Of a DNA stretch of 64,000 nucleotides, positions 57,301-64,000 are shown piece after piece. Source of the DNA: Corallochytrium limacisporum Hawaii (taxonomy: Eukaryota; Protista; Pluriformea); contig PDIP01000035.1 in assembly GCA_002811645.1 (NCBI GenBank), positions 124,001-188,000 on the forward strand, given 5' to 3'. A program made the translations under genes and the position numbers. How positions within the stretch are numbered: position 1 is the first letter of the stretch; every line of letters starts with the position of its first letter. The notes beneath the pieces are model-generated. The model did no database searches. It had not been told where the DNA came from and worked only from the letters and a program-made list of their open reading frames with translations.

Positions 57301-58424
57301 TGGACACTTTCCGGTGAACCACCAGCTTGGGCAATTTGATGTTGACTCGAGGCCAGTGGCGCGTGCACAATCATACTCTCGGGAGTCATGGTACCTTTAG
57401 TGTCAAGGTATTGGAGAGCACCCAACATACTAAGTGAAGCCAGTCCGGTGGGCCAGCGAGGCCAAAAGCGAAGGAACCTGGCACCCGGCGCAAACTGCAC
57501 TGGTGCAAGTGCCCGTCCCAAACGCAAATCATACATGCGAATCAACGGATCTGCATGCTGGCTGTTCACCATCTGGTGGTATTGGCTGTAATGTTGTGTC
57601 GCTGCAGCTGCAGCTGCAGCAACTGCAGCAGCTTTAGACCCTGCGGATTGACCGCGGAAGGTAACGCCAGACACAGCTAAAGAGTTTCCACGAACGTCAA
57701 TGTCGTGCAAGATCCCACAGCCCGTCTCAATCACGTGGCGAAGCTCCAATGTCACTGCATCCCGTACAAACAACTTACCACCTGCTGCTTCAGTGTGCAC
57801 AACGTGGTGAGCAGCACGCTTGATTTGATAAACACCTTTCTCTGTATCCATGTAGCGAAGAACACTGCCACGATAGGCGTCTATGGTGAATATACCACCC
57901 ATGACCTTTCCAGCACCGCTAGAGTGATCCAGTGGAGTACGATAAGTTAATCCAACAATAAAGGATGGGCGGCCGCCATTATCGCACACACTCGTAAATT
58001 CACTTGCACTCAGACCACGTCCATCATCATCGTTATTCATGGCAGGCGGTAAAGGTCCCTTAACCTCGTCACAATTAGCGTTTGTGCCATGGCGTTCCCT
58101 CTGCTTGTCAAAGAGCTGATTGCTTGTGATGCGCAGAAGCGTCTTCCCATGCCGTGCAAATAAGTGAGCCGAAGTAGCCGATATACTCAACACACCCAAA
58201 TTTGTACACTCTAGACCCCGAATTCTTTCCTTGTGGTGGGCAGGCAGGCTTGTGTACACAGATCCCAACTCCGGGAAGAGAAAGGACGTGACCCGTCCAT
58301 TGGGGTATGCGCACCAAACCAATTCTTGGTAGGGATCGCAGACAACATGTGTTGGATTGATATATGCGCCGAGACTAGGAATTGCCGCATACACCACATC
58401 GACTTCTTGCCACTCGAAACTCAT
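54327..58424 (-). CDS. PAN2: PAN2 poly(A) deadenylase (WD40 - pseudo-UCH - DEDD exonuclease)
   Basis: DPYQELVW; DPLIRMYDLR; FDFQSYNATPFASLE..NAYCNS; CLSCEMSFLFHML; WYIFNDF; IDAEFV; DYLT.YSGI..GDLDP; HDSIEDA. Confidence 0.96.
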   Translation of the reverse strand: MSFEWQEVDVVYAAIPSLGAYINPTHVVCDPYQELVWCAYPNGRVTSFLFPELGSVYTSLPAHHKERIRGLECTNLGVLSISATSAHLFARHGKTLLRITSNQLFDKQRERHGTNANCDEVKGPLPPAMNNDDDGRGLSASEFTSVCDNGGRPSFIVGLTYRTPLDHSSGAGKVMGGIFTIDAYRGSVLRYMDTEKGVYQIKRAAHHVVHTEAAGGKLFVRDAVTLELRHVIETGCGILHDIDVRGNSLAVSGVTFRGQSAGSKAAAVAAAAAAATQHYSQYHQMVNSQHADPLIRMYDLRLGRALAPVQFAPGARFLRFWPRWPTGLASLSMLGALQYLDTKGTMTPESMIVHAPLASSQHQIAQAGGSPESVQAVTFAVASQGTCVVVVDNMGAMHLFSDLPKEQLSLHGGYGEQVLYVDEPRDFVRTMVLPDDDSVSLGCFPLPATVQVPEWSIGNMDASYLINETPHDPDMGHLNNLRDSSPTKQFHGHISGTRYPGPRHHDGQRKFHLTGDMPYQMQRIIQVPIAQIPEELYREAKPIHNVLYAPSKGRNRGQLATFVMPKSGTGSHHHHHHHRSAKHHGHHSVRDGDRAYRDGGAGGHKKRGGTKDGDFDLEHADGANLWKTSRPPPSHRRVEVKFGRIGIDSFDFQSYNATPFASLESNSANAYCNSVLQVLYHLPFVGSSLRSHLCSRQLCLSCEMSFLFHMLSLQTTNKNCQASNFIRTLRTIPQATALGLVSSEDTDKAHTRDNLGRLIQNLNRFLHRQIHTETHTETGGDWNRKDSAATLKKYPENRWLIDDLSEEGGKTEESEPYPNRAIGQDIVRRFQGTNTEIQDICGSCKQVKVRSMETFIIDMHYPPLTTQQHSLIKEGNPIPDAKDPHDVDPTVDGPTFGGLISNSVDKDVKTRAFCENCQKYSLIRQKKHWTRLPHVMNVNLGLDKRSERDYWKAKGRNWVPHRLGMRLNEEGSLETIDLPTLAQDSDNTSATDDPDEAGNQARKDGYTIYHLCSVISYIQDEQWGNTLVAHIRMDATHFERIGADMPVDIMKGHRKWYIFNDFCIRPSSGEEATLFNDAWKTPVIAMFVDERLVAHDRCEIPNLITDDVLLMEEEDAMILDDGRLETSIKDKKNKRERKVERAYTPLVKEELPDEHSIMAIDAEFVALKHEERIIRSDGTKSTVKPIHMGLARVSVVRGQGDTKYEPCIDDYIQTNEEVVDYLTDYSGIEPGDLDPKRSTKNLCSLKWTYLKLRRLIDRGVKLVGHGLKQDFRTINILVPADQIIDTVDIFHLPHQRKIRLRFLAWFLLEEEIQSETHDSIEDALTALKVYERYLQLKEEGTFNQTLQEIYEEGRRLNWTPPHWES

Positions 58425-58879
58425 CTTTTCGAGTTTTGCAATATCACTTTTTATCCTACTTCGTGCATATTGATCGAATTCTAAAGAATTTGCCTGAAGA
58501 TGGAAAATATTCTCGCAGGATCAGCTAGAATATTAGTGATGGCAGTGACTGTATGTTCAATTGAAATAGTCGAGAACATAGACCACATTCAGTCCAAGGC
58601 GGACGGTCGCCAGCTCATTTGGACGCGCTCTGCGGCTCTAGCGGCGAGCGACCCAACGGACTATCCCATTTTCATTGGTGAGCCTCCTTCGCGCGGCTGA
58701 CCTCTTGCAGGGGATGGTGTAGTGGGAGGGGGCGGAAAGGCCGACAAAGATGATCAATTTTGGTCGGGAGTCATTGTACACACATTCCTTAGTACTATCA
58801 ATACAGCTATATAATTTATAACTTTGGCTTCTTGGATCGCAATGGTCAAATATAAGCGAGGTGCTGTGTGGGTAACACT

Positions 58880-61348
58880 TTAAGACTTCTCTTCGCGATT
58901 CTTGATGATCTCACGGAAACTGAATGGCTCGAAGGCGTATCCATCACCATCATAGAACTTACTCTGGAATTCGACCCAGTGAAGACGCAGAGCGTGCAAG
59001 AAGGCAGACAATCCTTCCATGAGAAGCAGAACTGCGACGGTCAACACAGCCCAGGCGCCGAAGCACATAACCAGGCCGATGGCTCCGATCGGACCGGACA
59101 TGCCGAGACCAATCTTCATAACCATGTTCCACAATACTTCAGACAGCTGTGCATGGGCCAGAGACAAGGCCCATAGACGTAAATAAGATGCTGTGTTTGA
59201 CAGACAACCGAGAGTAAACTCAATTGTGTGAATGCCCTGGTGGACCCAGATCTCACTCATTTCTTCCTCCTCCTCTTCTTCCTCGTGGTGATCGTTCTCG
59301 GACAAGAGGGCCTGTTCGTCGGAACCAGAGTCGCGACGTATTAGATCGGAACCACCGACGGAGCGTTTCTTCCGACGCTGGAATTGAATGTATAGGGGCT
59401 TGCCCAACAATAGGACAGGGATAGCAAGGATGGCGATGACGACAAGGGCGCTCTGGATAGTGGCCTGGCCAGCGTACAAGGCTTGGTCTGGTTCTACAGT
59501 GCCGAAGTTCAGGAACATGTTGATGAGGGTCTGCAACAAAGACGGGGCCTCCACGGTCACCCCATCAACAACAATAGGGAAGTCAGTGAACCATTTGTAG
59601 AAAATGATGAAGATGAGATATCCAAAGATAAACTCAAGGAAAATAACCTCCGGAAGGAACTGCAGGAGAAGATACATAGGCTTCTTAAAGTGCAGATGAT
59701 TGAACACACTCAAGCAGACACCGAAGCTCATGTGAATCACACCTAAGATGACTGAGGATTTCATCTTGTAAGAATTCAAGAACGTAATCTTGTTCTGGGC
59801 CAATTGCCAGTAGGGGTCGACACCAATCAAGTAGGGGGTTCCCGAGAAGTCACGGTCTGGGTCAAACTGAATACTGGCGGAGGCTTCAGGAGTTGCAGCA
59901 AGAGCGGTTTCGAGATTCCAGGAGCTACCGAAGATGTTCAACGACTTGGAGAAAATGTCATTGTAGACGAAACCAGTGTACATGGAGAAGAGACCCATCA
60001 TGGCGATGATATAGCGACCCTGGTACATTGTGTCCCAGATCTCACCTCCGTTATAGCCAGCCAACTCCTTTTCCTTTACAATGACAGTGGCTGCGGCCAA
60101 AAACATAAGGAAACCGTGACCCATGTCACCGAACATGACGGCAAACAAGAACGGGAAAGTGATCACGGTGTACAGACCAGGATTGACCTCTCCGTAAGTT
60201 GCGATACCATAGGCATCCACAATGGATTGGAATCCAGTCGTGAACCTGTTGGTTCGGTGGAAGGTAGGGGGCTTCTTGTGGGTGCTCACGCGATTCAAGA
60301 TGGAAGGCACACCAGACTCAGAAGCTTCAGAAGCGCGGCGCAGAGCCAGCTGGACATCTTGCAGGTTTGCCACAGGGCACCAACCCTCGGCGACCAGAGC
60401 CTTTCGAGAGTAATCGAAGTTGAACATGTTCATCGTGTGGTAGATGGACTTGATCTTGACGGTCTTGATCAGCCAAATATCCAATTGCAGAGCAATATTG
60501 CTCAGAACTCGGTTCTTATGGTCGCGTGTTCGGGCAAGAACACTGTCCAAGTCACTCACACGCATAGCGACCTGAGAGCGCAGATCGGCACGCTCGGCGC
60601 GTTTCTCAGGGCAAGGGTACAAGGAGGCACTGAAACCCTCGCAGATTTTGCGCACCTTGCGCTCCAGGGCCTGGCCCTGAAAGAAGATAATGAAGACGTT
60701 CTTCTGCTGCATCTCACCTGTGGAAGGGTTCGGAAGCAGATCTTCGATTTCAGCCTGACGCAAGAAGACGTTACCACGGCACGCACGCCACAGGACACGC
60801 TCAAAGGCAACCATGCGCTCGCGCTCCAAAACACCGGTTACAAAGCCCAGACGACGGCTAGGGGCACCACCCAATGCCGTCTCCTCGTCGCCCGCATACT
60901 CAAAGTTATAAGCCTGAGCTTCCTCAAAAAACTCAGAGGTCTTGTTGAGAATATGGGTCAGCTCCGTCAACTCCAAGAAGTTCTTCTCAAGAGTCTCCTC
61001 GTTGTTATTGATTCCTTGCACTTCCTGCTCAAGCTCTTGGATCTTGACCTCCAGCTCATCCAGCTCACGGGCATGAGGATGGGAAGCTTCACTCTCAATA
61101 GCAGCCCCGGTGACAGAGAGATCAGCCTTCTCTACCTGATTTTTTAGGTACCGCAGCTTGCGGTTAACTTCCTCGCACCTGCGGACCTCGTTAACAAAGT
61201 TCCGTTCGAAGCTATTCACAGTCTCGTTCAAATCCCGAAACTGTACATATCCCAATTCACCCAGCTCATAAACTGTTTCATACGCAGCCTCACTCTGAAT
61301 AAACATCTGAGTGAGGCACATTTCCTCACTGCGGAAGAGACTACTCAT
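58880..61348 (-). CDS. ATP6V0A1: V-type H+-ATPase V0 subunit a (Vph1/Stv1/ATP6V0A)
   Basis: LFRSEEM; QFRDLN; FERVLWRACRGN; PPTFHRTNRFT; ITFPFLFAVMFGD.GHG; SNTASYLRLWALSLAH (essential Arg); LHALRLHWVEF. Confidence 0.97.
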   Translation of the reverse strand: MSSLFRSEEMCLTQMFIQSEAAYETVYELGELGYVQFRDLNETVNSFERNFVNEVRRCEEVNRKLRYLKNQVEKADLSVTGAAIESEASHPHARELDELEVKIQELEQEVQGINNNEETLEKNFLELTELTHILNKTSEFFEEAQAYNFEYAGDEETALGGAPSRRLGFVTGVLERERMVAFERVLWRACRGNVFLRQAEIEDLLPNPSTGEMQQKNVFIIFFQGQALERKVRKICEGFSASLYPCPEKRAERADLRSQVAMRVSDLDSVLARTRDHKNRVLSNIALQLDIWLIKTVKIKSIYHTMNMFNFDYSRKALVAEGWCPVANLQDVQLALRRASEASESGVPSILNRVSTHKKPPTFHRTNRFTTGFQSIVDAYGIATYGEVNPGLYTVITFPFLFAVMFGDMGHGFLMFLAAATVIVKEKELAGYNGGEIWDTMYQGRYIIAMMGLFSMYTGFVYNDIFSKSLNIFGSSWNLETALAATPEASASIQFDPDRDFSGTPYLIGVDPYWQLAQNKITFLNSYKMKSSVILGVIHMSFGVCLSVFNHLHFKKPMYLLLQFLPEVIFLEFIFGYLIFIIFYKWFTDFPIVVDGVTVEAPSLLQTLINMFLNFGTVEPDQALYAGQATIQSALVVIAILAIPVLLLGKPLYIQFQRRKKRSVGGSDLIRRDSGSDEQALLSENDHHEEEEEEEEMSEIWVHQGIHTIEFTLGCLSNTASYLRLWALSLAHAQLSEVLWNMVMKIGLGMSGPIGAIGLVMCFGAWAVLTVAVLLLMEGLSAFLHALRLHWVEFQSKFYDGDGYAFEPFSFREIIKNREEKS

Positions 61349-61949
61349 GGTTGGGAATTCGCATTAAGTCCGAAATCCTAACAACCTAGTTCCCTCCGAT
61401 GAGTTTGATGCTTCTCATGTTTGTAAATTTTTTCGCATGTGTGGAGAAAAATTGTCATTTCTTTATGTACCAGTACCAGAGATCTTAGAGCAGAGTCCAC
61501 TGCCATCAATTAGACGTTTTGAAGAATACCTGAAGTAATCCACAGCATTGCCATTCGCTCACCATCGAGAGTAGCCAAAATCCTGGGGATCTATGCGGAC
61601 GGATGAACCGGTTACGCCAGAGAGCCCTAGAGGCCTGCAAGGTTCTCCAATGAGATTGGGTCGGCACTTTCAATATGGGGGGCTCTCCACTTGGCAAATG
61701 CTTCCTATTCAAAACAAAGACACAATGCCCGGTTCATTATCTGGTTTCCGAAGGGATACAAGCAAGCAAGCACTTCCCACGAACTTTTGAGCTACAGACT
61801 GTGCTAAGCTTCCTATACAACTCTATGCAGGGGTGAGCCAAACAAAACAGAGCACGAGCCGGCAGCTCCCCGGGCCAGTGCTCCCTGGTTGTGTGTTTGC
61901 GCTCATAGAAAAGCCAGTATCCAACTCGTCAGTCAACAGCAGGACTTAA

Positions 61950-63400
61950 ACAACAACCACGTAATGGTTAAGGACTCGCCAAAGGAGACTAACTCCGAGG
62001 AGAAGGGTTATGGAGGCGACCCAATGGTCAATGAGATTATGTGGCAGGGTGAATAGCCGGGCCCAAATCCGTCCACAATTCTTTGTTTGCCCCTCCGGTG
62101 CCTCATCTATATATTCAGTACTTTCACTATCCTGGTTGACGTTGGACCGAGCACCACCCTCATTTCGTGTCACCACTTGCTGGTTGACTCACACAAAGAC
62201 TGATCCCCTAAAACCCCTTAAATTACTATTTCATTCAATTTCGTTTGAAGCATCAATATGATACTCTCTGGGCCGACTCGACCCAACCTCGACTGTATCG
62301 AGCTGGTCACCGAAACAGAGTCGATCATCCCCGTCCCTGCGAGTACAGAGCAAGATGATCACCCATTCTTTACAGTCGTGGCAGGGCCAGCGCTCATACA
62401 TCAGGCAATTTTGGCCAAGCCTGATGCGGGCGATTGCGCATCGACCGGAATCTAGAGGATCGACTTGGCCTCTGTCGAATTAGGTACCATGTCGTGGGCC
62501 CCATGTTCTCGAGATTCCATGGATAGGGCAAGAGACGTCACTATCCATAGTCCTCGTACGATGTCAGGTAGGAATTTACAACTCTGAGGAAATGGCAACT
62601 GTACTCGATGGGGTTTTAATGCTCCGGGAAGCATCAGCAATGAGGATTGGGTCATTCGCAGAGGTCTATGCATTCCCATTTGGCAGATAGAGCACCATGT
62701 GGGGATGACAGAGAGCATTCTCAGCCCAGCTGCATGCCGCGCTGGACTTCTGCCTTGGCCTGTGTGTCGTCATGTTGCCAATCCCCTTGCCATCCCCAAG
62801 GCGCCATGCGTGGCAAAGTCTTTCTCCTATTGCACCTCCCCCACTTGCGAACAGATTTGCGGAACGGGGTGCGTAAACAAAGCTCTCCCATTTGCACCCT
62901 CACAAACCATCACCTTTTGTGGATTTTGTGCTTTCCAGTGTCAGTGAGTGGCAGTAGCGAATGGATTGGTTTCCAAGGCCACTGTATCTTTCCCAATGAA
63001 GTGGCAGAGCCTATCTGCAGATTCTGCCATTGCGTTGCAACAAATGAACGGCTGTCTGTTTTAGAAGTCTTTGACGTGGAAGAGGACAGAATCCGCAGGG
63101 CCGCAGGAGTCCGTATCCCGCCCTTTCCGCGCCACCCTGTGGCGAGGCTTGCCAACACAGGGGAGGGGCAGAAAGTCATAATTGCCACGAAGCTTGTAAC
63201 CATTGAGTATGATCCAAATACTAGTATCTCTTGCTGGGGACTCGGCCCCGTGCAAGTGTGTTATAGGTGCTGCATTACATTGGCGAGAGCATGCTATACC
63301 CCACAAATAAAACAATAGGTACATCCGTTGAGATGATGGCTCGCTCACTGTGGGTCAATCCAATTTCTTCCACCAGGTGATTAGTGTTACAGTACATATG
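61950..63400 (-). mobile_element. Degenerate Gypsy-type relic: gag zinc knuckle, protease, integrase (RT/RNaseH not seen)
   Basis: Minus strand: CFICGV*H...RQC knuckle (~63275-63315); ILNGYKLR protease start (~63190-63215); LCLRTPFRKSV...HGALGMAR...CSICQ HHCC region (~62680-62885); DIVRGL (~62550); ELWTDLGPAI and ITLLLG integrase C-term (~61995-62085). Heavily mutated. Confidence 0.55.
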
Positions 63401-64000
63401 TCCGACTTGCAGTAGCCATTCGCAATATGAAAGTCTTCCTCACCATCCAGCTGCATAAATCTGTTCTTTCATCTTGTAAATTGTCCGTACTCAATCTTGC
63501 CAAGGTGTTATTGCAAGTATCAGCTCCTGCGCCTTCACTTCTCTTGAGCGGCTCAAAAGACACCGAGGATTGGCACACATTGGGATTGCCTTGTGGTGAG
63601 CAGTCAAACCACGACAAGGGCAACTCAGGAACAGCACGAATCACGCCAGTCGGAACTCGTGCAGCTCTCCCCACCCCCTCCTTTGACAGATTGTCAGTGA
63701 AAATTTTCGCTGGTTCGTTCGCACATACCCCACCCTACTTTCCCGTGTCTCTTTGTCTTGAAAACTGAAAAAAAAAGACTGGGAAATAAAAGTTCCCGTT
63801 CCGCAGCCAGATATGTCTCACTATACTTCGCCGTGCCCTTGGTGAGGTAGCCGGCCAGACCAGTGCTAGTTGCTGACGGTCCCAGGCGAGACAGGCCAAT
63901 GCCAATATTCCTGTTATCAGCAAGCCAGTGCTCAGTAACGATTGAGTCAGATCTGCAGAGTCGGGACTTGAGTAGTGAAAGTACCAAATTGAACCTTCCT

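Noticed and set aside
59804-61147. 447-aa plus-strand ORF antisense to V-ATPase a (similarly 38856..39914 opposite GSR, 45573..46301, 18673..19398, 10761..11456)
   Set aside because: Antisense shadows of codon-biased genes; no recognisable motifs.

Overview
Eukaryotic nuclear DNA, about 50% GC, gene-dense and apparently intron-free: about 19 full-length single-exon CDSs up to 9.3 kb, plus three assembly N-gaps bordered by G-rich tracts. The housekeeping genes are TMEM128-like, Asteroid/ASTE1 PIN nuclease, HMMR/RHAMM, TSEN2, EndoG, an HSF-domain factor, glutathione reductase, DDX3/Ded1, Rap1GAP, APC4, MECR, TBC1D25-like, PAN2 and V-ATPase subunit a. They suggest a unicellular opisthokont, probably a holozoan. 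An intron-poor Corallochytrium-like organism would fit, but this is inference. The standout is a 3116-aa membrane glycosyltransferase (16279..25629, minus) built like fungal Gtb3, the galactosaminogalactan synthase related to PelF. It has an N-terminal degenerate GH114-like barrel, an internally duplicated domain, a multi-TM block and a C-terminal DUF3492/GT4 module. It sits head-to-head with a secreted GH18-like hydrolase, without the usual uge3/sph3/ega3/agd3 partners in the window. Other oddities: a Pro-rich/CRIB-like protein with a C-terminal F-BAR-like domain, a secreted sulfatase-fold protein lacking the catalytic motif, and a bacterial-type DUF4442 gene. Three heavily decayed Ty3/Gypsy relics occupy long intergenic stretches. 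All assignments come from motif recognition by eye; no database searches were run.
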